A DNA stretch of 64,000 nucleotides from an uncultured Arcobacteraceae bacterium (GCA_964022095.1 CAXHZO010000001.1:320001-384000), one strand, 5' to 3'. Shown: positions 20,223 through 31,068, numbered from the stretch's first letter. Numbers and translations: made by a program. The notes: generated by a model from the letters alone, not told the origin.

Positions 20223-21713
20223 ATGAAAAAATATAAAATATTACTTGCAGTTTCAATAATTGCAATAGGTTTAATGTCTGCGTTATTAGCTTCAATAAAT
20301 GAAAAAAAAGATGAGAAAGAGCTTTTAAATCAAGTTCCTAAAATCGATAGATGGGAAACAAAGAATGAAGAGTTCAGAAAGTTTTATCCAAGACAATATG
20401 ACTCATGGAAAAAAACTAAAAACTCTGATGACATAGATGATATGTTAAAAAAGTATCCTGAGTTAGTTGTATTATGGGCAGGATATGGTTTTGCAAAAGA
20501 TTACAATGCTCCAAGAGGTCACTTTTATGCGATTGAAGATAACAGAAATACATTAAGAACGGGTGGTCCAGTTGATGATAAAACAGGTCCAATGCCAACT
20601 GCTTGTTGGACTTGTAAATCTCCAGATGTTCCAAAAATCATGAAAGAAGATGGTGATATGGAATACTTTACTGGTAAATGGGCTAAATATGGTTCAGATA
20701 TTATCAATCCAATTGGATGTGTTGATTGTCATAATCCAGAAACTATGGAGTTACAAGTTAATAGAAACTATTTAAATGAAGGTTTAAAAGCTGAGGGTTC
20801 AGGATTAACGTTAGATAATGCAACTCAACAAGATATGAGAACTATGGTTTGTGCACAATGTCACTCTGAATACTACTTTAATAAAACTCCATTAGCAAAT
20901 GGTAAAAAAGCTGCTGTAGTAACTTTTCCATGGGGAGAAGGAACATCAGTTGAAGATATGGAAAAATATTACGACAATATGAATTTCAAAGATTGGACTC
21001 ATAAAATTTCTAAAACTCCAATGCTAAAAGCACAACACCCAGGTTACGAAATGTGGAAAACTGGAGCACATGGAAGAAACAATGTATCTTGTGCAGATTG
21101 TCACATGCCATATGTTCAAGAAGGTGGTATCAAATATACAGATCATAACATAGGAAATCCATTAGAAAATATGGACAAAACTTGTATGAACTGTCACAGA
21201 ACTGGTGAGCAAGATTTATTAGCAAATATTGCTGCTAAAAGAGATAGAAAAGATGAATTACATAAAAAAACTATGACTCAGTTATCTGCTGCACACTTAG
21301 AAGCTGGTAAAGCTTGGGAAGTAGGTGCTACTGAAGAAGAAATGAAACCAATTTTAACTGATATTAGACATGCTCAATGGAGATGGGATTACGCTGTTGC
21401 TTCACATCCTGCATTTTTCCATGCACCAGAGGAGACACTAAAAGTATTAGGAACTGCTGTTGAAAAAGCAGGAAATGCAAGAATCAAATTAGCTAAAGTT
21501 CTAGCTAAATATGGAGCTGCTGATTATGTAGCACCAGTTATTACAGATAAAAAACAAGCTCAAGAAGTAATTGGATTACCTTTTGAAAAACTTGTTGATG
21601 AGAAAAAGAAATTCCAAAATGGCTTAATGCAAGAATGGAAAAAAGAAGCTGAGAAAAAAGGTATTTACAACCCTAAATCAACTGAAGGTATTGAAGATAA
21701 AACTTCATACTAA
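20223..21713 (+). CDS. nrfA: Ammonia-forming cytochrome c nitrite reductase
   Basis: CWTCK active-site heme plus four CxxCH; KAQHP, RHAQWRWD. Confidence 0.98.
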   Translation: MKKYKILLAVSIIAIGLMSALLASINEKKDEKELLNQVPKIDRWETKNEEFRKFYPRQYDSWKKTKNSDDIDDMLKKYPELVVLWAGYGFAKDYNAPRGHFYAIEDNRNTLRTGGPVDDKTGPMPTACWTCKSPDVPKIMKEDGDMEYFTGKWAKYGSDIINPIGCVDCHNPETMELQVNRNYLNEGLKAEGSGLTLDNATQQDMRTMVCAQCHSEYYFNKTPLANGKKAAVVTFPWGEGTSVEDMEKYYDNMNFKDWTHKISKTPMLKAQHPGYEMWKTGAHGRNNVSCADCHMPYVQEGGIKYTDHNIGNPLENMDKTCMNCHRTGEQDLLANIAAKRDRKDELHKKTMTQLSAAHLEAGKAWEVGATEEEMKPILTDIRHAQWRWDYAVASHPAFFHAPEETLKVLGTAVEKAGNARIKLAKVLAKYGAADYVAPVITDKKQAQEVIGLPFEKLVDEKKKFQNGLMQEWKKEAEKKGIYNPKSTEGIEDKTSY

Positions 21714-21721
21714 AAACAAGG

Positions 21722-21749
21722 ATTAAGAAGAGTTTTCTCTTCTTAATTT
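21722..21749 (+). terminator. Terminator-like hairpin after nrfA
   Basis: ATTAAGAAGAG-TTTT-CTCTTCTTAAT then TT. Confidence 0.7.
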
Positions 21750-21832
21750 CTATTATTTGCAAGTAACATCAAAAAAATTACCTCCTTACTATCTCCTTAT
21801 TTGACAATTTGGTGTTACTTGCAAATAATAGA
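21749..21832 (+). ncRNA. Long hairpin with two anti-SD motifs in the loop (element 1)
   Basis: 25-bp stem 21749-21773/21808-21832 with one U-G; 34-nt loop containing ACCTCCTTA and CTCCTT. Confidence 0.6.
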
Positions 21833-21856
21833 CAAAATATTAAAAATGAGATGATT

Positions 21857-24800
21857 ATGAAAAAAATATTTAAAACACTATTTAGCATGGAAGTTATGAC
21901 TGTATTATTAGTCTTTATGGCTTTAGCATGTGCTGTTGCAACTTTTATTGAAAATGATTTTGGCCCACTTGGTTCTAAATCTTTTGTTTATGGCCAAACA
22001 TGGTTTGAAATTATAATGCTTTTACTAACTATTGGTGTAATTTTTAATATCATTTGGTTTAAGATGTATAAACTTAAAAAGTTTTTTATTTTTATGATAC
22101 ATATTTCACTTGTATTTATTTTTATAGGAGCTGCACTTACTAGATATTTAGGATATGAAGCAATTATGACTATTCCTGAAGGTGCAATGGAAAACAAAGT
22201 TTATTCAAGTGATGAGTATATTCAAATAAAAATTGATGATGAGACTTATGATAAAAAAGTTTTAATGACTCCATTGTGGCAATCAAATTTTGATTATGAT
22301 ACAACAATTGACAATAAACCCTTAGAGATAAAATTCAATAGATTTGTTCAAAATGCTGTAGAGAAAATAGTTCCAGCAACAAATGGAAAGCCTTTAATGA
22401 ATATCTTGGTGTCTGAATTTTCAGGAACTAAAAGTTTTGATTTAAAAGACAATAGTCATGTTGACAGTAAATTAATCTCTTTTTCACTAAATAAAAAAAT
22501 AGATACTAAAAAACCAACAGTAAATTTTGAAATAATCAATAATGATTTTTATATTTCATCTAACTTAAAACTAACACAACATACACAAGATATGACTCAA
22601 AAAAGAGATATAAAAGCAAATACAAAAATCAAACTTGATATAGGCTCTATTTTTCAAATAGGGCAAACACATTTTAGAATACCCCAAGCTCAAATAAAAG
22701 GAAATGTGGCAATTGTAAGTGACTTTACAAATGAAATACCAAAAGAGATGCAGTTAAATGCAGTAATTTTAGATGTGACTTACAATAATAATACTATAGA
22801 AGTTCCTTTATATGGTAGAGGTGGTTCAAATAAAGGAATCTCTAGAAATCTAATAATAGCAAATAAGAATATTAACTTTCAATGGGGAACAAAAGAGTTT
22901 ACCCTTCCATTTTCAATTTTATTAAATGACTTCAAATTAGATAGATACCCTGGTTCAATGTCCCCTTCTTCATATTCAAGTGACGTAAAAATATATGATA
23001 AACAAGCAGGAGATTCATTTGAATATAAAATATATATGAACAATGTTCTTGATTATAAAGGATATAGATTCTTTCAATCTTCATATAAAATGGATGAAAG
23101 TGCAACAATTCTTTCAGTTAACAAAGATCCAGGGAAAATTCCTACATATATAGGTTATGCACTTTTATTTACGGGTTTACTATTAAGTTTATTTATTAGT
23201 AATAGTAGATTTAAAAAACTAAGTACAAAAAAATATACAGTTGAAAATATAAAACATACATATTCAATAAAAAAAGCAGCGATAACTTTAATCTTAGGAT
23301 TACTTTTTGTAGTTACTCCACAAGATAGTTTTAGTCAAAATTTAGATGAATCACAAAAGATAATTTTAAATATAGATAAGAATCATAGTGATCAATTAGG
23401 TTCATTGATCATTCAAGACTATCAAGGAAGAATAAAACCTCTTAACTCTTTAGCTATTGAAATTATGAATAAAATTACAAGAAAAAATGAACTTTATGGT
23501 TTAGATGCAAACCAATTTTTTATAAGTATGATTTTATATCCAGAAACTTGGAAGAAGTTAGCTATTTTTAAAGTAAAAAACCCTAAAACTAAAGAGCTTT
23601 TAGATTTAAAACCGCAAAGTAAATACTTTAAATTTAATGATATTTATACAAAATCTGGAGAATATAAACTACAAAATGTTTTAGAAATAGCAAATAATAA
23701 AAAAGCTTCATTAAGAAATAAGTTCGACAAAGAAATTATCAAAATAGATGAAAGACTAAATATAGCTTATGCTTTATATGTTGGGGATTTTTTAAGAGCA
23801 TTCCCTTTAAAAGGTGATAAAAATAATAAATGGCTAAATATAACTGAAGCTACAAGTTATGATAGTACTGAATCAAAATTGATAAATAATATAATCAAAA
23901 AATACTATTTTTCCCTAATCCATGGAACTACAACGAATAACTGGGATAAAGCAAATAATGTTTTAGAAGAGATAAAAGACTTCCAAATGATTTATGCTTC
24001 AAGATTAATTCCAAGTGATTTAAAAATACAAGCAGAACTATTTTTCAATAAATTTAATATATTTGAAAGACTTACTCCATTTTACTTAATATTAGGATTT
24101 GTACTTTTAACCCTTGTATTTATAAATATTTTTAACCCAAAAATTAAAATAACTAAAGTGACAAAAATAACTTTATATTTTCTAATTGTAGCTTTTATTT
24201 TACATACAATTGGTTTAGCTTTAAGATGGTATATTTCAGGTCATGCTCCATGGTCAAATGGATATGAATCTATGATTTATATTGCATGGGCTATTGCTTT
24301 ATCTGGAATATTCTTCTCAAAACATTCTCATCTAGCCCTTGCAACAACTTCTATATTAAGTGGTATTACACTTTTTGTAGCTCACTTAAGCTGGATGGAG
24401 CCACAAATTACAACTTTAGCACCAGTACTTAAATCTTACTGGCTTACTATTCATGTAAGTGTAATTACAGCTAGTTATGGATTTTTAGCACTTAGTGCAC
24501 TTTTAGGATTTATTTCATTATGCTTATTTATCTTTGCAAATCCAAAAAAAGAAAATGATAGATTTTTCAGAATTTTAGTAAGTATTAAAGAATCAAATAG
24601 AATCAATGAAATGTCAATTCTTTTAGGACTTGTATTACTTGTAATTGGAAACTTTTTAGGTGGTATTTGGGCCAATGAATCATGGGGTAGATATTGGGGT
24701 TGGGATCCTAAGGAGACTTGGACTTTAATTTCAATTATCATTTATGCAATTATTCTTCATTTAAAATACATTAAAGATGCTTTTAATGATTATACCTTAA

Positions 24801-24985
24801 GTGTGTTATCTGTAATTAGCTATTTTAGTATTATTATGACTTATTTTGGAGTAAACTATTTTTTAAGTGGTAAACATTCTTATGCAGCTGGGGATCCAAT
24901 ACAAATTCCAACATTTGTATACGTATCAATTATTATCATATTTGCTGTAATTACAATGTCTTTTAAAAATAGAAAAGTGCTTTAA
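21857..24985 (+). CDS. nrfI: Cytochrome c biogenesis system II fusion (CcsBA type), probable NrfA-dedicated heme lyase
   Basis: ResB-like N-terminus; CcsA domain WANESWGRYWGWDPKETW, GKHSYA; follows nrfHA; start could be 21851. Confidence 0.88.
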   Translation: MKKIFKTLFSMEVMTVLLVFMALACAVATFIENDFGPLGSKSFVYGQTWFEIIMLLLTIGVIFNIIWFKMYKLKKFFIFMIHISLVFIFIGAALTRYLGYEAIMTIPEGAMENKVYSSDEYIQIKIDDETYDKKVLMTPLWQSNFDYDTTIDNKPLEIKFNRFVQNAVEKIVPATNGKPLMNILVSEFSGTKSFDLKDNSHVDSKLISFSLNKKIDTKKPTVNFEIINNDFYISSNLKLTQHTQDMTQKRDIKANTKIKLDIGSIFQIGQTHFRIPQAQIKGNVAIVSDFTNEIPKEMQLNAVILDVTYNNNTIEVPLYGRGGSNKGISRNLIIANKNINFQWGTKEFTLPFSILLNDFKLDRYPGSMSPSSYSSDVKIYDKQAGDSFEYKIYMNNVLDYKGYRFFQSSYKMDESATILSVNKDPGKIPTYIGYALLFTGLLLSLFISNSRFKKLSTKKYTVENIKHTYSIKKAAITLILGLLFVVTPQDSFSQNLDESQKIILNIDKNHSDQLGSLIIQDYQGRIKPLNSLAIEIMNKITRKNELYGLDANQFFISMILYPETWKKLAIFKVKNPKTKELLDLKPQSKYFKFNDIYTKSGEYKLQNVLEIANNKKASLRNKFDKEIIKIDERLNIAYALYVGDFLRAFPLKGDKNNKWLNITEATSYDSTESKLINNIIKKYYFSLIHGTTTNNWDKANNVLEEIKDFQMIYASRLIPSDLKIQAELFFNKFNIFERLTPFYLILGFVLLTLVFINIFNPKIKITKVTKITLYFLIVAFILHTIGLALRWYISGHAPWSNGYESMIYIAWAIALSGIFFSKHSHLALATTSILSGITLFVAHLSWMEPQITTLAPVLKSYWLTIHVSVITASYGFLALSALLGFISLCLFIFANPKKENDRFFRILVSIKESNRINEMSILLGLVLLVIGNFLGGIWANESWGRYWGWDPKETWTLISIIIYAIILHLKYIKDAFNDYTLSVLSVISYFSIIMTYFGVNYFLSGKHSYAAGDPIQIPTFVYVSIIIIFAVITMSFKNRKVL

Positions 24986-25113
24986 AAGAATATTTTATTA
25001 CTAATATCTATTTTTAAACTTAAAACTGTAAGTATGTTTAAAAACTAATCAAAAAAATTAAGATATTTTTTATAAAGATAGCATTAACATAGCAATTTTT
25101 AAGTTTATACAGG

Positions 25114-25119
25114 TATAAT
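25114..25119 (+). promoter_or_regulatory. Sigma70 -10 box with no downstream + strand CDS
   Basis: TATAAT preceded by an AT-rich tract; next CDS is the convergent phoD. Confidence 0.55.
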
Positions 25120-25124
25120 TTTAC

Positions 25125-25268
25125 TAAATAAGAAGTTTTATCATTATCTCTCCTTAGTAAATATTACATATGTAATTATTTCAGATGGAACTTCCTTATT
25201 TATTTACTTCTTAATTAAATTTAGTCATACAAGGAAATGTAGTGGGTACATCTCCTTGTATTTTTTTT
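25125..25268 (+). ncRNA. Candidate ~140-nt sRNA: long hairpin with anti-SD loop (element 2) plus terminator
   Basis: Stem 25125-25142/25184-25202 with two U-G and one bulge; loop CTCTCCTT; hairpin 25227-25261 followed by T8. Confidence 0.6.
25227..25268 (+). terminator. Intrinsic terminator on the + strand
   Basis: ATACAAGGA-A-ATGTA/TACAT-C-TCCTTGTAT stem followed by a run of T. Confidence 0.75.
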
Positions 25269-25280
25269 GCCTAAAATTTC

Positions 25281-27029
25281 CTAGATAGTTTCTAAAGTAT
25301 TATTTCCAGCAGTAGATTTTAAAGACATTTGTCTTGTAGTATCCATTGTATATGTAGTTGAATCAGTATTATTTAAATAGTGCCAAGTCGTATTTACCTC
25401 ATCATTAGTAAATGTAACTTCCATAAATCCTCTTTGATTAAAATTCGCATATAATAAATCATCAATTAATGTTGTAATCGCATATTCAAATTGCATCGAA
25501 GCTTGCATTGTAGGTAAACCTACACTTTGTTCAAATCCTGGAGAACTAATAGAAGTTGTAGCAAACTCCACTCCTACATTATTCCCAGAATTATCTTTTA
25601 AGTTATTTGCCCAAGAGTTATGTGTATCCCCTGAAAGAACAACTAAGTTTTTACCATAAGCAGCGGCTGTTCCTAAAATCACTTCTCTTTCATAGAAATA
25701 TCCATCCCATGCATCTAAATTATATGGTAAAAGTGTAGTTAATCTTACATTTGTAGGATCTGTTAATTTCAGTGTCACAAGTTCAGTAATAGTAGCGTTT
25801 AATTGAGTTAAAACTGCAACTTTTTGCTCGGCATTTAAAGCTGCATCAAGTTGAGAAATCAATACTAATAATTCTGCTGGTAAAAACATTTTACCCATTA
25901 GAACTTGTTGTCCTAAAACCTGCCATTTTGTATTTGATGATACAAGTTTTGTTTGAAGCCATGTTAATTGTTCACTGCCTAACATAGTTCTTGTATCATT
26001 TGTTAAATCAGCAGAAAATGAAGCTGAATCAAAATTCCCTAAGTTATCATAATAGTTGATATAGCTTAATTGTTTGTCTCTTCCTATAACTCTAGTATCA
26101 AGCATATATAAACTTACTAAATCACCAAACTCGAAGTTTCTGTATATTGTTTCATTATCATTTTTATCAAATGGTCTTATTGGAAGCCATTCAAAATATG
26201 CCTGAAGTGCAGCTAATTTTCTATCTTCAAAATCACCTTCAGTGTCATTATGATTTTCTGCTCCATCTTTATATGTATCATTTGCTACTTCATGATCATC
26301 CCAAACAGTTATAAATGGCACACTTTTATGTAAAGCTACTGAGCCTTCATCTGTATGGTATAAAGCATATCTATTTCTATAGTCTTCTAAAGTCAAACAT
26401 TCTGTATCATTACTACTTGGTAATACTCTTCCAATAGTTGAAGCATTTTGAGTAGCATATGCAGGTGTTATACCATCTGATTCAAACATACCATACTCAT
26501 AAATGTAATCACCTAAATGTACAACAACATCTAAATCTTCAATTTTTGATGCTTCCATATATGAGTTAAAATAACCATTTGTATAATTTGCACATGAGAA
26601 TACTGCCATTTTAACTTGACTTGGATTTGATGAAATTGTTTTTGTTTTACCTACTATTGAGATTTTATCATTTGATTTAAATCTATAGTAATAAACTGTG
26701 TTTTCTTCTAGATTTTGTAAATCAATTTTTACTGTATAATCTTGATCTTTTTTAGTAGTTATTTCTCCAGAGTGAGTAAGAGTAGTAAAGTTACTATCTT
26801 TTGATACTTCATATCCTAATCTTAAAATATTAAGTTCTTTTTGTGGAGTCAATCTAGTCCATATGATTAATTTATCAGTAAGAGGATCACCACTAGCAAC
26901 TCCATGTTTAAAATCAACATCTGTAGGGTTCCAAATATTTGCACAGCCACTAAGTCCTGTTGATACAACTAATGAGCAAGCTGTTAGTGCAGAAATTTTT
27001 ATAAAATCTCTTCTAGAAAGTTTTAACAT
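25281..27029 (-). CDS. phoD: PhoD-family alkaline phosphatase, Tat-exported, probable lipoprotein
   Basis: SRRDFIK, LSGC lipobox, FKHGVASGDP, HLGDYIYE, WDDHE, NLDAWDGY, SGDTH. Confidence 0.93.
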   Translation of the reverse strand: MLKLSRRDFIKISALTACSLVVSTGLSGCANIWNPTDVDFKHGVASGDPLTDKLIIWTRLTPQKELNILRLGYEVSKDSNFTTLTHSGEITTKKDQDYTVKIDLQNLEENTVYYYRFKSNDKISIVGKTKTISSNPSQVKMAVFSCANYTNGYFNSYMEASKIEDLDVVVHLGDYIYEYGMFESDGITPAYATQNASTIGRVLPSSNDTECLTLEDYRNRYALYHTDEGSVALHKSVPFITVWDDHEVANDTYKDGAENHNDTEGDFEDRKLAALQAYFEWLPIRPFDKNDNETIYRNFEFGDLVSLYMLDTRVIGRDKQLSYINYYDNLGNFDSASFSADLTNDTRTMLGSEQLTWLQTKLVSSNTKWQVLGQQVLMGKMFLPAELLVLISQLDAALNAEQKVAVLTQLNATITELVTLKLTDPTNVRLTTLLPYNLDAWDGYFYEREVILGTAAAYGKNLVVLSGDTHNSWANNLKDNSGNNVGVEFATTSISSPGFEQSVGLPTMQASMQFEYAITTLIDDLLYANFNQRGFMEVTFTNDEVNTTWHYLNNTDSTTYTMDTTRQMSLKSTAGNNTLETI

Positions 27030-27110
27030 ATTATTACCTTATAATTTTTTAATAATAATATAATAAATTTTATTACAAAATAGCCTCAAAGGAGTTAAAC
27101 CCCTTTGAAA

Positions 27111-28349
27111 TTACATATATTTTTTAAGAACTTCTGGAATTGCTACAGTTCCATCTGCTTGTTGATAGTTTTCCATAATTGCAACTAATGTTCTTCCAAC
27201 TGCTAGTGAAGATCCATTTAAAGTATGAGCAAGAATATTTTTCTTTCCATCTTTATATCTGATTTTAGCACGTCTTGCTTGGAATTCTTTAGTATTTGAA
27301 ATTGAGCTTATTTCTCTAAATTTATTTTGTCCAGGAAGCCATACTTCTAAATCAATTGTAGTTGCTGCACTAAATCCAAGGTCACCAGTACATAATTGAA
27401 CTTTTTGGTGAGCAAGTCCTAAAGAAGTTAATAAATCACTAGCACAAGCAACCATTTTTTCAAATACTTCAGCTGATTGCTCTTGTTTTGTAATAGCAAC
27501 CATTTCAACTTTGTCAAATTGGTGTTGTCTTATTAATCCTCTTGTATCACGTCCTGCACTTCCTGCTTCTTTTCTAAAACAAGGAGTATAAGAAGTTAAC
27601 ATTAAAGGTAATTCTTCAGAGGGAACAATTTCGTCATTATAAAGATTTGTTAAACTAACTTCAGCAGTAGGAATTAAGTATAAATCTTCACCTTCAATTT
27701 TAAATAAATCATCTTCAAATTTTGGTAATTGTCCAGTTCCCTGAAGTGTATTTGAGTTTGCCATAAATGGAACATACCACTCTTCAAAACCTCTTTGTCT
27801 ATTAAAGTCAAGCATATAATTAATAAGTGCTCGCTCTAATCTTGCACCTTGACCTTTAATAGCTGAGAATCTAGATTTTGCTAGCTTAACTCCTCTTTCA
27901 AAGTCTAACCAACCATTAGGTAAATCCCAATGCTCTTTTGGTTCAAAATCAAATGTTGGCTTTTCACCAATAGTTTCTAAAACAACATTTTCATCTTCAT
28001 CAGCACCATCTGGTACATTTTCATCTGGTAAATTTGGAACACCTAAAGCAAGAGAAGTTAGCTCATCTTCAATAACTCTTACTTCATCTTCCATTGTTTG
28101 TTTATTGTATTTTAATTCATTTATTTCAGCTTGAAGAGAAGCAATATCTAAGCCCTCTTTTTTATATCTTCCAAACTCTTTTGATAATTTATTTTGCTGT
28201 GCAGTGATATCTTCCATCTCTTGTCTTTTTGCTTTTGCAGTAAATGAGATGTTTTGTAGATTATCAAGAATATCTTGTGATACGCCTTTTCTTTTTAAAG
28301 CGCTTGCAGTTGTTTCAAAGTCTTTTTGTAGTTGTTTTATATCAATCAT
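27111..28349 (-). CDS. serS: Serine--tRNA ligase
   Basis: [34 protein letters not shown]. Confidence 0.98.
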   Translation of the reverse strand: MIDIKQLQKDFETTASALKRKGVSQDILDNLQNISFTAKAKRQEMEDITAQQNKLSKEFGRYKKEGLDIASLQAEINELKYNKQTMEDEVRVIEDELTSLALGVPNLPDENVPDGADEDENVVLETIGEKPTFDFEPKEHWDLPNGWLDFERGVKLAKSRFSAIKGQGARLERALINYMLDFNRQRGFEEWYVPFMANSNTLQGTGQLPKFEDDLFKIEGEDLYLIPTAEVSLTNLYNDEIVPSEELPLMLTSYTPCFRKEAGSAGRDTRGLIRQHQFDKVEMVAITKQEQSAEVFEKMVACASDLLTSLGLAHQKVQLCTGDLGFSAATTIDLEVWLPGQNKFREISSISNTKEFQARRAKIRYKDGKKNILAHTLNGSSLAVGRTLVAIMENYQQADGTVAIPEVLKKYM

Positions 28350-28420
28350 TCTAAACTCTTTGTACTTATTTTTTGTGGCATTATAGCTAAAAAAATCTAC
28401 AAAGAGATTAGATGAAAAAT

Positions 28421-28627
28421 TTATCCGTTCATTTCCATTTTTATAATAACTTCATCATTTATATATTCAGCTTTAAATTTATGTTTGTGACAGAAGTCTT
28501 CATTCATTGCCATACACATTTCTTGTGCTTTTTGTAATGCTTCATCTACTGTTTCAAATTGTGTTTCAGCTTCAAAATCAGAATTTCTAAAACATCCACA
28601 TTGTCTTTCAACTTTTACAATTGTCAT
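28421..28627 (-). CDS. Small Cys/His-rich hypothetical protein
   Basis: 68 aa with CGC, C and FCHKH; AGGAG RBS. Confidence 0.8.
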   Translation of the reverse strand: MTIVKVERQCGCFRNSDFEAETQFETVDEALQKAQEMCMAMNEDFCHKHKFKAEYINDEVIIKMEMNG

Positions 28628-28773
28628 AATATCTATCTCCTATAATTTTTTTCGAAATTGTAGCATAAACTTTTTACAATATCTTTTATAAATCAATAAT
28701 TAATAGTTATCAAATTGATAAACTAGTAATATATCTTATGACAAATAACAAAAAATTTTATGAAAGAATATAT

Positions 28774-30051
28774 ATGAAATACAAATTTTTAACAGTTTCT
28801 ATTCCTATTTTGATTTTTATTATCGCATCTTTTTACATTACAGCACAGTTTATAAAACCAAGCCCAAAAAAGGAGATTACAATTGCAACGGGTTCAAAAT
28901 CTGGTCAATATTATCAAACTGCACTAAAATATAAAGAGCTTTTAGAAAAAGAGAAAGTTACAGTAAATATCATAAATACAAGTGGTTCTATTGAAAACTT
29001 AGAGCTAATTCAAGAAAACAAAGCAGATATTGCTTTTGTTCAAAATGGCAGTGTAAAAGATACTAAAGATATTGAAGCATTAGCTTCTGTTTATAATGAA
29101 CCTTTATGGATTTTTTTTAATAACAATATAGAAAAAACAAACTATATAAAAGATTTTGTTGGTAAGAAAATCTCAATTGGGGCTTTTAAAAGTGGAACTG
29201 AAGATTTGAGTTTAGAAGTTTTAAACACAAATGGACTTGATAATTCAAATACTGAATTTGTAAACCTAGATTCAACACAAGCAAAACAATCACTTCTAAA
29301 TGGAGATATAGATGCTATCTTTTTAGTAACATCTGCAAATAATACAATAATAAAAGAATTACTTTTAGAAAAAGATATTTCGCTTTTTTCATTTAGAAGA
29401 GCAAATGCTTATGGCAAAAAGTTTAATTACTTAAATGCTGTGAATCTTCATGAAGGAACTATAAACCTTCATAAAAATTTACCAAATGAAGATAAAAAAC
29501 TATTAGCAACATCAGCTTTACTAATAGCTCATAAAGATTTTTCAGATGAATTAATTAGAATCTTACTTAAAAAAGTAAAAGAAGTACACGCTCCTAAAAG
29601 TATGTTCTCACAAGCAGGTGAATTTCCAACAAAATTTGGAATAACAATTTCTATGAATGAAGAAGCTGACAGATACCTAACATATGGCGATACTTGGTTA
29701 GAGAAGATCTTTCCATATTGGATAGCTTCAAACCTAGATAGATTAAAAATTTTACTAATTCCATTATTAACTTTAATGATTCCTATTTTTAAAGGAGTAT
29801 TTCCTTTATATAGATGGAGTATTAGATCTAAAATTTATAGATGGTATGATGAGCTTCAAGAGCTAGATTTATCTTTAGATGGATTACAAAAAGATGAAAT
29901 GCTTAAAAAAATCGAAGAACTTGAAGTACTAAAAAAAGAGATAAAAGATGAAACAAAAGTTCCATTAGCATATATGGGTGAATATTATGATCTTATTATG
30001 CATATAGAATTAATCATCTCAAAGGCAAATATACGAATTCACGGTGAGTAA
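28774..30051 (+). CDS. TAXI-family TRAP solute-binding protein with C-terminal TM extension
   Basis: ITIATG..G.YY, TSGSIENL, YNEPLW; second TM near the C-terminus. Confidence 0.85.
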   Translation: MKYKFLTVSIPILIFIIASFYITAQFIKPSPKKEITIATGSKSGQYYQTALKYKELLEKEKVTVNIINTSGSIENLELIQENKADIAFVQNGSVKDTKDIEALASVYNEPLWIFFNNNIEKTNYIKDFVGKKISIGAFKSGTEDLSLEVLNTNGLDNSNTEFVNLDSTQAKQSLLNGDIDAIFLVTSANNTIIKELLLEKDISLFSFRRANAYGKKFNYLNAVNLHEGTINLHKNLPNEDKKLLATSALLIAHKDFSDELIRILLKKVKEVHAPKSMFSQAGEFPTKFGITISMNEEADRYLTYGDTWLEKIFPYWIASNLDRLKILLIPLLTLMIPIFKGVFPLYRWSIRSKIYRWYDELQELDLSLDGLQKDEMLKKIEELEVLKKEIKDETKVPLAYMGEYYDLIMHIELIISKANIRIHGE

Positions 30052-30100
30052 TTTTAGCTACTTTTGATATAATATCACCAAAAAATATAAGGACTTTGAT

Positions 30101-31066
30101 TTGAGAATTTTATCAGGTATTCAACCATCAGGAACTATTCATATCGGAAACTATTTTGGTATGGTAAAAAAGATGATTGAATCACAAGATCAGGGTGAAT
30201 TATTTGCATTTATTGCATCTTATCATGCCCTAACTTCAGTAAAAGAAAAAGAGGTTTTAGAGCAAAACACTTTTGAAGCAGCAGTAAACTTTCTAGCACT
30301 TGGAATGGACCCAGAAAAATCTACATTTTGGGTACAGCATCATGTAAAAGAGGTTTTAGAGCTTTACTGGATATTATCAAATCATACTTCTATGGGGCTT
30401 TTAGAAAGAGCTCACTCATACAAAGATAAAACTGCAAAGGGTATTCAAGCAAATCATGGATTGTTTTCATACCCTGTTTTAATGGCAGCAGATATCTTAC
30501 TATTTGATTCAAATATCGTTCCAGTTGGAAAAGACCAAATCCAACACGTAGAGATGACAAGAGATATTGCAAATAGCTTTAATCATCACTACAACACAGA
30601 TATTTTAGTTTTACCTGAAGCGAAGGTTGATGAAGTGGTTGCAACAGTTCCAGGAACTGATGGTGCAAAAATGTCAAAATCGTATAACAACACTATTGAT
30701 ATGTTCAACACTAAGAAAAAAATCAAAAAGCAAGTTATGGGAATAGTAACTGATTCAAAAGAACTTGATGAGCCAAAAGAGTGGGAAAACTGTAATGTAT
30801 ATAAGCTTTGTGAACTATTTATGAACGAAGATGAATTAAAAGAGTTACAACAAAGATATGCAACTCCAGGTGAAGGTTATGGACACTTTAAATTAAGTTT
30901 ATTTGATAAAATCAATGAACATTTTGAACCATACGCTCAAAAAAGAGAGCACTACTTAAACAATCCAAAAGAAGTACATGAAATCTTAGCACATGGTGCA
31001 AGTAAAGCTAAAAAAATAGCTGCTGCTAAAATGGAAGTTATTAGAGATACTGTGGGGTTGATTTAG
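30101..31066 (+). CDS. trpS: Tryptophan--tRNA ligase
   Basis: SGIQPSG.IHIGN, YPVLMAADIL, VPVGKDQ, KMSKS; TTG start; TGATATAAT at 30065-30073. Confidence 0.98.
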   Translation: MRILSGIQPSGTIHIGNYFGMVKKMIESQDQGELFAFIASYHALTSVKEKEVLEQNTFEAAVNFLALGMDPEKSTFWVQHHVKEVLELYWILSNHTSMGLLERAHSYKDKTAKGIQANHGLFSYPVLMAADILLFDSNIVPVGKDQIQHVEMTRDIANSFNHHYNTDILVLPEAKVDEVVATVPGTDGAKMSKSYNNTIDMFNTKKKIKKQVMGIVTDSKELDEPKEWENCNVYKLCELFMNEDELKELQQRYATPGEGYGHFKLSLFDKINEHFEPYAQKREHYLNNPKEVHEILAHGASKAKKIAAAKMEVIRDTVGLI

Positions 31067-31068
31067 TT

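Noticed and set aside
21774-21807. Reading the hairpin loops as GGA-rich CsrA-sponge motifs or SD sites on the opposite strand
   Set aside because: G-U wobble polarity in all four elements favours the CUCC strand, and I saw no convincing ORF downstream of the AAGGAG reading
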